Source of the DNA: Thermoproteota archaeon
Lineage (GTDB): Archaea; Korarchaeota; Korarchaeia; Korarchaeales; Korarchaeaceae
NCBI GenBank assembly: GCA_026986575.1
Contig: JALSOH010000004.1
Span: forward strand, 544,001 to 608,000
Length of the DNA stretch: 64,000 nucleotides
Direction: 5' to 3'
Every line of letters begins with the position of its first letter. Within the stretch, counting starts at the first letter, position 1. The notes under the pieces are model-generated. The model was not told where the DNA came from, ran no database searches, and was given only the letters and a program-made list of their open reading frames with translations. The position numbers and the translations under genes are program-made. This document shows positions 37,878 through 47,042 of the stretch, piece after piece.

Positions 37878-38309
37878 TTAGGAGGGAGCGAGCACCTCCA
37901 GCAGCAACCAAGCGACATCTATTATATCTCTCATCGTGATCATACCGATGGGCTTGCCTTCCCCGTCCACCACCGGTAAATGCTTAATGTCAACATCTCT
38001 CATCTTCTTCATGGCGTCAATCACCAGATCGCTGGGCGAGATGCTTATTGGATTCTCGGTCATTAGCATGTGAATGGGAAGTCCCTTCCCCACCTTGCCC
38101 TCAGCTACGGCGAACCTCAGATCCCTGTCGGTGAATATACCCACGAGCTTACCGTCCTTATCCACGACCATCACGCTGCTAATCTTGTTGTCATCCATCA
38201 CCTTGGCGGCCTGCTCTATAGGGGTCTCCTTGTCCACCGTTATGGGAGGGGTGCTCATCACATCCTCCACCCTCAGGGGGAGATGCCTCTTTCTCCTCAA
38301 GAGTGGCAA
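37878..38309 (-). CDS. CBS domain pair protein
   Basis: V.DVM..PPIT, VVD..GKLVGIFT.RD, HLPVVD. Confidence 0.92.
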   Translation of the reverse strand: MPLLRRKRHLPLRVEDVMSTPPITVDKETPIEQAAKVMDDNKISSVMVVDKDGKLVGIFTDRDLRFAVAEGKVGKGLPIHMLMTENPISISPSDLVIDAMKKMRDVDIKHLPVVDGEGKPIGMITMRDIIDVAWLLLEVLAPS

Positions 38310-38372
38310 TATCCCACCTCCGATAGAAATACCATGTTCTGGGCTAAAATCTTTTACAAGCGGAGGGAGCGA

Positions 38373-39413
38373 TCAGGAGATGACCTCTCCCACGTTATCG
38401 GGGATCCGGTAACCCCTCAGCTCGGAGGCCGACCTACTCACATCTTCCGACTTGAGTTTGTCTAGGAACTCCCTTATAGAGGGCTTCTTGAATGATTCTT
38501 TCCGTACGACGAAATCGTAACTCTCCCACATGATCCGCAGGAATCCCAAACCGAAAGATTCCGCCACCTCTCTTATGCCGAACCCAACGTCAGCCTCACC
38601 CTTGACTATTTTCTTGGCCACTCCGATGTGGGTCCTGACCTGAACATCGTATCCCTTTACGGACTTGGACGGGTCGGTCTCCTCGAGACCCATCCTCCTC
38701 ATCTCCATTATCAATATCCTGTCTGCCAGCAACCTAGTGGCTGATCCGGGAGACAAATTGATGTACCTTAACCCCTTCTCTATGATGTCGTAGACGCACT
38801 CCAGTCCTACATCCTTCCTGAACATGACCCCTACCTCCCTGTCGTAGCCCCTGATTAATGTCACTGAGTTTGATAGCCAGAACCTGTCGATGAATGGTTT
38901 GTTGAAATCGCCACTTTCGGGGTCGTACAGGTGAACGGCAGCTACGTCAGCCTCACCCGTGATGAGTTTAGCTATTCCTCCGAGAGAACCGCTCCATGTG
39001 AGATCCATTCTATCCCTGAGGGTCTCCACGACCTTCTCCAACAGTGGATCGTATCCTCCAGCTAAGGTGGATTCCTTCCTAGGTTCCATCCTACCTTCGG
39101 TCAGATTCTCCATGTAGAGATTGAGGAGCTCCTTTCCTACATCCGTCAGGACGGCACCGCCACCCTTCGAACCCCCTCGCCTCACCGATATTAGCTTCTC
39201 CCCCAGCAGCTCCTCTACCCTATTAATTTTGCTCCAGACCCAAGAATAGGATATTCCTTGGGATCTAGCGGCAGCGAGAAGGGACCCCCTCCTCTCGACC
39301 TCCTCGAGTATCTTGGCAAGTCTCGCATCCAAAATTACACGTCCTCTATATAACAGCATCACGTCTTTGCGAACCTTTATCTCCCTCAACTTCTTTCTCA
39401 ATTCCGTTTCCAT
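38373..39413 (-). CDS. ModE-type HTH + periplasmic-binding-protein-like (molybdate/tungstate) regulator
   Basis: GSL.AAA...GISYS..W, RRGG..GGGA.LT, GSLGG, AD.A..HL.D, ADVG.G. Confidence 0.85.
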   Translation of the reverse strand: METELRKKLREIKVRKDVMLLYRGRVILDARLAKILEEVERRGSLLAAARSQGISYSWVWSKINRVEELLGEKLISVRRGGSKGGGAVLTDVGKELLNLYMENLTEGRMEPRKESTLAGGYDPLLEKVVETLRDRMDLTWSGSLGGIAKLITGEADVAAVHLYDPESGDFNKPFIDRFWLSNSVTLIRGYDREVGVMFRKDVGLECVYDIIEKGLRYINLSPGSATRLLADRILIMEMRRMGLEETDPSKSVKGYDVQVRTHIGVAKKIVKGEADVGFGIREVAESFGLGFLRIMWESYDFVVRKESFKKPSIREFLDKLKSEDVSRSASELRGYRIPDNVGEVIS

Positions 39414-39516
39414 CTCTATCGGGACAGCCCACGGAGATCCCTAATAATTCTAGTGGTGAGGATAATGACACGCGTAAAACGCTATTCACGCTACCAATAA
39501 CCACGAGATCCTTAAG

Positions 39517-40338
39517 CTAGGAAAGACTGCTCCTAGAATTCGTACGTTCGAGTCTATCGAGGAGATCCCTAAACCTCAGTACAGGAGGATCAGCAGGAAA
39601 GATCATCTTAGAAACTGAAGGAACCAGTGGAGGTCTTATTCCGACTTCACGGAGCTCTTTCACTCTCACCAGCAGGTCAGGAGCTGGACCACTCATGACC
39701 AGCTCACCATTCTTCAGAATGTGGACCGTATCGGAAATCTCAGCGGCCATGTCGGAGTTCTGGGAACTGATTACCACGATTCTATTCCTCTCCCTGAAGC
39801 GTCTTACGAGCTCAAGAAGACGCTCCGTTCCTTCCGCATCGAGAGAAGACCAAGGTTCGTCTAGCAAGAGGATCTCGGGATCATGGGCGAGGAGCCCCGC
39901 TAAGATCACCTTGGCGGCCTGTCCTCTGCTCAATCTCAGCGGAGATCTAGACGCCAGGTCCTCTATCCCGAAGAACCGGAGGGCCTCCTCGACCCTATCC
40001 TTTACCTCCCCCTCATCCAGTCCCAGCTGCCTAGGCGCAAGAGCGACATCCTCCCACACAGTCGGAGCCAAGAGCTGATCTCTAGGATCCTGAAATAGTA
40101 TGCCGCAGTGCTTCCTGAACCAATTTCCCAAGGACTTCCCATCAATGGTCACCTCTCCCTCGGTTGGAGTCAAGAGACCAGCCATCAAGAGGAGTAGAGT
40201 GGTCTTTCCCGAGCCGTTAGGTCCCAGAACGAACGTGATCTCCCCCGGCCCGACTTCTAGGTTTACATCTATGAGAGCAGGCGTTCCGTCTGGGTACGAG
40301 TAGCTGACGTTTCTCAGGGAGAGTATCACAGGATACAC
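39517..40338 (-). CDS. Ni/Co ECF transporter ATPase (NikO/CbiO)
   Basis: GPNGSGKTT, LFQDP.DQL, LLLDEP. Confidence 0.9.
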   Translation of the reverse strand: MYPVILSLRNVSYSYPDGTPALIDVNLEVGPGEITFVLGPNGSGKTTLLLLMAGLLTPTEGEVTIDGKSLGNWFRKHCGILFQDPRDQLLAPTVWEDVALAPRQLGLDEGEVKDRVEEALRFFGIEDLASRSPLRLSRGQAAKVILAGLLAHDPEILLLDEPWSSLDAEGTERLLELVRRFRERNRIVVISSQNSDMAAEISDTVHILKNGELVMSGPAPDLLVRVKELREVGIRPPLVPSVSKMIFPADPPVLRFRDLLDRLERTNSRSSLS

Positions 40339-41054
40339 CTCGCACAGGACAAGGACATGGACAGGAGGAAGGTCCCCATCAAAATGATATCCCTCTTCAC
40401 AAAGGAATTACCGATTAAGGGGTTCCATACCCTCGACTTTCTAGCTAAGGAGATAGTGAAGGCCCTCTCCATCCCCCGGTTGAGCAATTCAGAGGCCGCG
40501 AGCGATACAACCTCGTACATCATGGAAGGACTTTCATCGAAGTTCCTAGACCCCTTTGCAATTATCAACCAACCCGCATTCCTCAAATAGTAAGAGATCT
40601 GCCCGAGCATTATGTCTAAAGATTCGGGGAGCCGGGGAGCTATCAATGCAAGCCCCTCAAGTATGGATTTGGTACCGAAGAGGGTAGCAGAGGTTTCTAG
40701 GACTAGGAGGCTGGACAGGACCCTGAGAGGCGTCATTAGGGGATCTAGGGACCCGGACAGGTACACCTTGGGGAGCATTATCACTGAGGTGAAGATCGCC
40801 CACACCGCCGAAATCTTCAGGAACCTCGTCCATGCGTGGCCAATGAGATAGAATCCCCATAGGGTGGATATGATGGAGAGATACGCAAGCTGGACCACAT
40901 TAGAGGAGAACGATGGGATAGACGCCAGAAAAACGGTTATGGGGAGGGATAGACTCGGAGAGACGTGCACCTCTCCCCTGAGCAGTTCTAAAGAGGTTAC
41001 CCAGTCTCCTAACCCCTTCATCAGATCGGTGAAGGCCTTCTCCAGCCACGTCAA
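40326..41054 (-). CDS. ECF transporter T component (NikQ/CbiQ)
   Basis: Hydrophobic, with two x-S-R motifs (GSR, KSR); position in operon. Confidence 0.75.
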   Translation of the reverse strand: MTWLEKAFTDLMKGLGDWVTSLELLRGEVHVSPSLSLPITVFLASIPSFSSNVVQLAYLSIISTLWGFYLIGHAWTRFLKISAVWAIFTSVIMLPKVYLSGSLDPLMTPLRVLSSLLVLETSATLFGTKSILEGLALIAPRLPESLDIMLGQISYYLRNAGWLIIAKGSRNFDESPSMMYEVVSLAASELLNRGMERAFTISLARKSRVWNPLIGNSFVKRDIILMGTFLLSMSLSCARCIL

Positions 41055-41317
41055 TCTCTTCTACCTCTCAGCAAGGCGGGCAGGAGGAGGACCCCTACAC
41101 CAACCAAGCCCGATATCACGTACCCTATCACATCCGGTATGCCAGGTACCGTGTAGTCCGGGAAGACTCCCGTCCAGATAGGTTCACTCTCGCCGAGTCC
41201 GATCAGTTCCGCGGCTACATCTAGTGGCTCGTGGTATCCTACTATCTCTGCTCCGATTACCCCGAAGATGGGGCTCACGAGGACCAATATAAGTATCAAG
41301 AGGTAGGACCTCCTCAC
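41051..41317 (-). CDS. PDGLE-domain NikN-like component
   Basis: EPLD, PDYTVPG, SG.VG, 2 TM. Confidence 0.8.
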   Translation of the reverse strand: MRRSYLLILILVLVSPIFGVIGAEIVGYHEPLDVAAELIGLGESEPIWTGVFPDYTVPGIPDVIGYVISGLVGVGVLLLPALLRGRRD

Positions 41318-41919
41318 TTACCGATCACCTCCACCCGGCTGACGATGAACCCGGTAGCTACTCCTTCCACCAACCCTAGAATGAGGTGCCAAGTCCCCAT
41401 GACGGGAACGGTCACGCTTAGCGGATAGCCGAACTGTGGGGAGAGCCCTATCTCCACTCCACAGACGACAGCAGCTGCGGCTATGGCCAACCAGCCTGCG
41501 AGGAAACCGGCTACGAATTTCTTCCCACCCGACATGCGCATCACCAGCTTGTAAATGAGGTAGCCTATGAACACGTCCACCACGGCCATGTTGAACGCGT
41601 TAGCGCCCAGAGCGGTGATCCCTCCATCACCCATAAGGACGCATTGGACAAGCAGGTTCATGAACATGGCCAAGCATCCACCGAATGGGCCCAATATAAC
41701 GCCAGCAAGAGCTCCTCCCACCAAATGCGCGGAGGTTCCTCCGGGTATCGGCCAGTTCAGCATCTGGGCAGCGAAGATGCCTGCCGCCATCACCGATAAG
41801 TAGTAGATGTCGCCTCCCTCCCTGAAATATCTCCTTCCCGAGTATGCAACCACGATTAGGGAGATGATGTAGAGGGACAGGGCTACTAGGGGGCTCAAGA
41901 ATCCGTCGGGTATGTGCAC
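41314..41919 (-). CDS. Ni/Co ECF substrate component (NikM/CbiM)
   Basis: N-terminal MHIPDG, GTS.H, DGGITALGAN. Confidence 0.93.
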   Translation of the reverse strand: MHIPDGFLSPLVALSLYIISLIVVAYSGRRYFREGGDIYYLSVMAAGIFAAQMLNWPIPGGTSAHLVGGALAGVILGPFGGCLAMFMNLLVQCVLMGDGGITALGANAFNMAVVDVFIGYLIYKLVMRMSGGKKFVAGFLAGWLAIAAAAVVCGVEIGLSPQFGYPLSVTVPVMGTWHLILGLVEGVATGFIVSRVEVIGK

Positions 41920-41986
41920 GGCGCATCCCCCGTGCAGCTACAAGGATTACTCATAAGTATTACTAAACATGCGTTATAGTGTTACT

Positions 41987-43138
41987 TTAAGATCGCGAGA
42001 ACTCTTCCCTGAGCCCCCTAAGCAGCTCATCACCACCGTACTTGGCCCATATGAGGCACGTACCCTCAGAAGAGACCATGCAGGGACCATAAGGCCTCTC
42101 AGGCGTACATATTTTTTTGAAGAGGGGACAATCAGTGGGTTTGGCCATGCCTAGGGTGACCTCCGCACACCTGCACCCGGGTGGGAGGTCCTCCATCCAC
42201 CTCTCCTCAGATAGCTCTGGTATACCGTACTTGAGTAGAGCATCGTACCTCGTGTAACCATCCTTCAATCGGAGGCCGCTCTCGGGAACGAAGCCTATCC
42301 CCCTCCATCCCGCATCGACCACCTTGCAGGTGGTTCTCATGACCTCCTTAGCCCTCAGGTTCCCCTCCCACCTGACCACCCTGGAGTACTCGTTGACCAA
42401 CTCGGCGCGATCGTCTCTTATCTGCCTCAATATTTCCAGTATAGAGAGAAGCACGTCCACTGGCTCAAAACCTGACACTACAACCGGAATTCCGTAGTCC
42501 TTGGCCACGAACTCCCACTCAGATGCACCAGTTATGGCCGAAACATGCCCGGGAGCTATTATTCCTCTTATTGGCGATTGAGGATAGTTATCTAGGACGT
42601 ACCTAGTTATGGGAGGAGTCAGCCTGTGGACGATGATGAAGCCTAGGTTATCGGGGACATCCCCTCTGTGAATGGGGCCTAACGTAGCAGGAGCTGTGGT
42701 CTCGAAACCAACGGCGAGGAAAATGGATTCCTTATCGTCTGCAGACAGCTTTATTGCATCGATCACACTGTAAACTATTTTAACGTCGGCTCCCTCCGAT
42801 TTAGCCTCCTCCAAGTTCTTAGGGGCGCCTTTGGAGCTTCCCGGTAATCTATATACGTCTCCGAATGTGAAAACCCTCATCCCTTCCATGGCAAACTTGA
42901 CGGCGATGTCTACATAGTATCCCGGTGTGATGCAGACCGGACACCCAGGACCCGCGACGAGCTCGACGTTCTCGGGCATCAGGGACCTTATGCCGTAATG
43001 GGTAATGGTCCACTCGTGAGTCCCGCAGAAGTCCATTATCTTGACATGATCGTCCAGCTCTCTAGCTATCTTGGAAATCTCACCCACGATCAATTGGGAG
43101 ATCTTGGGATCTCTATAGGGACTGGAGACCTCCATCAT
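41987..43138 (-). CDS. hypD: hydrogenase maturation protein HypD
   Basis: CGTHE, GPGCPVC, GFETT, PGHVS, GPCMVSSEG.C. Confidence 0.97.
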   Translation of the reverse strand: MMEVSSPYRDPKISQLIVGEISKIARELDDHVKIMDFCGTHEWTITHYGIRSLMPENVELVAGPGCPVCITPGYYVDIAVKFAMEGMRVFTFGDVYRLPGSSKGAPKNLEEAKSEGADVKIVYSVIDAIKLSADDKESIFLAVGFETTAPATLGPIHRGDVPDNLGFIIVHRLTPPITRYVLDNYPQSPIRGIIAPGHVSAITGASEWEFVAKDYGIPVVVSGFEPVDVLLSILEILRQIRDDRAELVNEYSRVVRWEGNLRAKEVMRTTCKVVDAGWRGIGFVPESGLRLKDGYTRYDALLKYGIPELSEERWMEDLPPGCRCAEVTLGMAKPTDCPLFKKICTPERPYGPCMVSSEGTCLIWAKYGGDELLRGLREEFSRS

Positions 43139-45444
43139 CCATCACCCAATTGAGCCGCGACCTGACCCAAAGCGATTCCACCATCGCCTGGAGGTACCTT
43201 AGAGTTCAGAACGAGTTGAACGCCTTCCCTACCCAGTGCATCCTCCATACCCCTGATCAGCAGGGTGTTGACTGCTGCCCCTCCAGATACCATCAAGAAC
43301 TCGGAATTAACCCCATTCAGGGCTCTGAGGGCAACCTCGCCTAAGGCCCTTCCAAGCAGGTAAATCGATGTATACGCCAGATCCCTCTTACTCCCATCCT
43401 CGTTGTAAAGGATCTGCTTCAGGAGCTCGCTGGTGTCCACCACACCTCCCTCCACTGGAATATCTAAGTCTTGGATGAGGGATCCTTTCTCAGCGAAGGC
43501 CTCGAGTTTCATGGCCGGTTCTCCCTCATAAGTCCTCTCAAAGCAAACTCCAAGCAGAGCCGACACAGAATCTAGGACCCTCCCGACGCTCGATATGAGA
43601 GGAGCCTTGGAACATTGTCTCAGAGCCAACTCGGCCTCCACCTCTCCCCCAGGAAGCTTATCCATTAAGTGTCGCTCCCTCAAGACCTCCCGTATCTCCG
43701 ACTCCGAGAGAAAAGTGCTCAGCATTCCTATCAGCATCCTGACTGGGTACTTGGAAGCCCTGTCCCCTCCGGGCATGGGCTGAGGTCTGAGATGCCCGAA
43801 CCTCTCATATCCTTCATAACTCGCGACGAGAACCTCTCCTCCCCAAAGCGAACCGTCATCCCCGTAACCCAGCCCATCGATCGCTACCCCCACGACCTCC
43901 TCGCCGGGCCTGACCCTCATCTCAGACATCACCGAGGTTACATGGGCGTGATGGTGCTGCACGAGCTTGAGCTCCGATCCGTACAGGTCAGCCCATCTCT
44001 CAGCCAACTTCCTCGTTGAGTAGCTGGGGTGCATGTCCGCTACCAGTATCGCCTCCCTAGGATCGATCCCGTAGATTCCCATGAAGAACCTGAGCATCCT
44101 CTCTAGGAACTCTAGGTTCTCCAGCTCATCGGTATCCCCTATGTACTGGGTGAGTACGACCTTATCGGAGAATCCAACGGCACCGCTAGTCTGCAATTCG
44201 GCCCCGAACGCTATGACGGGCCGATCTAGCTGAGAAGGAAGCCTTATCCAGGCGGGAGCGTACCCCCTTCCCCTCCTCAACATGGTTACTCTGTCGGCCG
44301 TGAACCTGACGACGCTATCGTCCACCCTGTTGACTATGCGCCTGTTATGATGCAGGAAGTAATCAGCTATGTCCTTCAGCCGCTCCCTAGCGCATTCGAT
44401 AGTAGTGCACATCGGTTTATTGTGCTCGTTACCGCTCGTCATCACCAAGATCTTGTCTCTCGTGCTATTGAGCAGCATGTGGTGTAAAGGCGTATAGGGA
44501 AGCATCACTCCCACTGTTCCCAGCCCGGGAGCTACTAGTTCCGAGATGGAACTCCCTTCCCTCTTGGGAACCAGTAGGATAGGCCTCTCTGGACTCGTGA
44601 GAACGCTCTCAGCAACCTGATCTAGGTAAAAGTGTGAGTGGGCAACATTCAGGTCGAGAGCCATGAGGGCGAAGGGCTTCTCCCTCCTCCTCTTCCTCCT
44701 TCTAAGTTCTGAAATAGTATCGTCATCCGTGGCCAGGCAAGCGATGTGATAACCTCCCAATCCCTTTATCGCAACTATCCCTCCTTCATCTATGATCTTG
44801 GCAGCCTCCTCTATAGGATCTTCCGCACCTATCCTCCTCCCCTCAGCATCCTCAAGCCAGAGAGTCGGACCGCATTGCGGGCAGGAGATCCCCTGCGCGT
44901 GGAACCTCCTCAGGTTGGAGGGATCCTCGTACTCCTTCCTACAGTCATCACATAGTGGGAAGTCGACCATGGCAGTATTAAGCCTATCATAGGGTACATC
45001 TGCCATCATGGAGAACCTAGGACCACACCAAGCGCAGCTGTTGAAGGCATATTTGTAGTGCCTGTCTCTGGGATCGTATACTTCTCTCAAGCAATGATCG
45101 CATACAGCTATATCTGGAGGTACCATTGAGTAGATGTGCCTCTCTCCCCCACTCGGAAGTATGCTAAAATCTGAGTACCCAGTGGGAGGGATCACCTTGA
45201 ACTCCAGCTCCTCTATCTTGGCAGGAGGTGGTTTTTCGATGAATACTAGTCTGAGAAAGTCAGCAATGCTCTCATAACTGCCCTCAACGAAAATCTCTAC
45301 CTCACTCCCCCCCATATTTCTTATATGACCTCTCAACCCTGTTTTAGTTGCAATTCTGTATATAAAAGGCCTGAAACCGACTCCTTGGACTATACCACTC
45401 ACCCTGAGCATTGCAGCGATCTGTGAGCCTTTCGAATGCACCAA
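43135..45444 (-). CDS. hypF: carbamoyltransferase HypF
   Basis: G.VQGVGFRPF, two Zn fingers, KGLGGYH, QHHHAH, DGGIALGQ. Confidence 0.97.
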   Translation of the reverse strand: MVHSKGSQIAAMLRVSGIVQGVGFRPFIYRIATKTGLRGHIRNMGGSEVEIFVEGSYESIADFLRLVFIEKPPPAKIEELEFKVIPPTGYSDFSILPSGGERHIYSMVPPDIAVCDHCLREVYDPRDRHYKYAFNSCAWCGPRFSMMADVPYDRLNTAMVDFPLCDDCRKEYEDPSNLRRFHAQGISCPQCGPTLWLEDAEGRRIGAEDPIEEAAKIIDEGGIVAIKGLGGYHIACLATDDDTISELRRRKRRREKPFALMALDLNVAHSHFYLDQVAESVLTSPERPILLVPKREGSSISELVAPGLGTVGVMLPYTPLHHMLLNSTRDKILVMTSGNEHNKPMCTTIECARERLKDIADYFLHHNRRIVNRVDDSVVRFTADRVTMLRRGRGYAPAWIRLPSQLDRPVIAFGAELQTSGAVGFSDKVVLTQYIGDTDELENLEFLERMLRFFMGIYGIDPREAILVADMHPSYSTRKLAERWADLYGSELKLVQHHHAHVTSVMSEMRVRPGEEVVGVAIDGLGYGDDGSLWGGEVLVASYEGYERFGHLRPQPMPGGDRASKYPVRMLIGMLSTFLSESEIREVLRERHLMDKLPGGEVEAELALRQCSKAPLISSVGRVLDSVSALLGVCFERTYEGEPAMKLEAFAEKGSLIQDLDIPVEGGVVDTSELLKQILYNEDGSKRDLAYTSIYLLGRALGEVALRALNGVNSEFLMVSGGAAVNTLLIRGMEDALGREGVQLVLNSKVPPGDGGIALGQVAAQLGDG

Positions 45445-45784
45445 GGAGGTAATCCCCGTTGGAACATATTAAAAGGGACGATGGCTTCCTCACAAGATCA
45501 CTTTCACAAATATTTAGATAAATAACGGTGAAATATCTTAGGTAATCTTGAGGTATGTTGCCGTTATATATTATATCAAAATTTTTGATTTTTATAATTT
45601 TTAATTTACAGCCCCTGCGAAGCATGAAAATACGTAATTAAAACGCCCCATTTCTCCCAACTATCCTTGGGCATCCCTTAATACAATCATATTTCCAAAC
45701 TTACAGCTGAACATTCAACTAAATTTATAGGTATACCAGCTCACTACTACAGTGGCGCACATGTACATGTGAGGTGTTTTTGGG

Positions 45785-47038
45785 ATGAAGCGTCGAAAGG
45801 GGAGTTCACTAGCCTCGATCACCCTTACTAGAAGGGACTTCCTGAAGCTCTCTGCAGCTGCCTCATTACTTTTGTCGGACTTTCAGAAGCTCCAAAAGGC
45901 GGCTGCTGAAACGCTTAAGCAGGGTTCAGTTAATCTAATTTGGTTTGAGTCCCAAGACTGCGCCGGGAACACTATCTCTATGATAGAGGGTAGCGCCCCA
46001 GACCTAATACAGATATTGGTGGGGGAGAATCCAGTAATAGGCCCAGGAAAGGTCAGGGTCATATTCCACGAGACAATAATGCCAGAGTGGGGAGAAGCAG
46101 CAATTGAGTACCTACACAAAGCTGAAGCTGGAGAACTCGATCCTTATGTTCTAGTTTTAGAGGGTTCCTTCCCCAATGAAGATGCCGCCGCAAAGACCGG
46201 TGGATGGTGGTTCATCCTTGGAGAAGAGGACGGCCGACCCGTCACAGGGAATGAGTGGGTTAGACGTCTCCTCAAGAGGGCCGTAGCCGTGGTTGCGGTT
46301 GGTAACTGTGCATGCTACGGCGGCATTGTTGCAAGTCAAGTACTAGATCAAGCTGGCTACTCTGCTGATGGATGGAGCCCAACCGGTGCCTTTGGATTCT
46401 TTGACGACCCGTTAAAAGGAATAAAGGGTGTAGTGAGTAGATGGCCTGAGGCCAAACCATTCTTGAACTTCATACAAGGGAAGGGTAAACTCGAAGTATC
46501 ACCAACTGGGGAGGCCAGACCTGCCATTGCCATACCAGGATGCCCAGCAAATGGTAATGCCATACTGAGGGTATTAGGGCACCTAATTCTCGCAGTTGAC
46601 GGCCTACTTCCTTTACCTGAGTTAGATGAATACTGGAGACCAGTGTATATTTTCGGAAGGACCACTCACGAGCAGTGCCCGAGAGCAGGATTTTATGCCG
46701 CCGGAGACTTTAGAGAGGATCCTGGGGACAATGATTTCAAGTGTCTCTTCCAAGTAGGGTGCAAGGGACCAGTTAGCAACTGTCCGTGGAACAGAGTAGG
46801 TTGGATAGATGGTATAGGTGGTCCTACAAGGACCGGAGGTGTCTGCATTGGATGCACCATGCCTGGCTTTCCCGACAAGTTTGAACCCTTCTACAAACCG
46901 CTCCAGGCACCTTCCATGCCGGATACCGCGACCCTAGCTGGTATAACTGCAGGAGCAGCTGCAGTGGGACTTGCTGCCGGTTATGTAATGAGCGAGCCGG
47001 CTAGAAGGGGTGAGAAGAGAGAAAAGGTAGAGGGGTGA
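45785..47038 (+). CDS. group 1 [NiFe] hydrogenase small subunit, Tat-exported, C-terminal TM anchor
   Basis: TRRDFLK, G.CA..GG, PGCP, H.QC, CL...GCKGP, CIGC. Confidence 0.93.
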   Translation: MKRRKGSSLASITLTRRDFLKLSAAASLLLSDFQKLQKAAAETLKQGSVNLIWFESQDCAGNTISMIEGSAPDLIQILVGENPVIGPGKVRVIFHETIMPEWGEAAIEYLHKAEAGELDPYVLVLEGSFPNEDAAAKTGGWWFILGEEDGRPVTGNEWVRRLLKRAVAVVAVGNCACYGGIVASQVLDQAGYSADGWSPTGAFGFFDDPLKGIKGVVSRWPEAKPFLNFIQGKGKLEVSPTGEARPAIAIPGCPANGNAILRVLGHLILAVDGLLPLPELDEYWRPVYIFGRTTHEQCPRAGFYAAGDFREDPGDNDFKCLFQVGCKGPVSNCPWNRVGWIDGIGGPTRTGGVCIGCTMPGFPDKFEPFYKPLQAPSMPDTATLAGITAGAAAVGLAAGYVMSEPARRGEKREKVEG

Positions 47039-47042
47039 TTGT

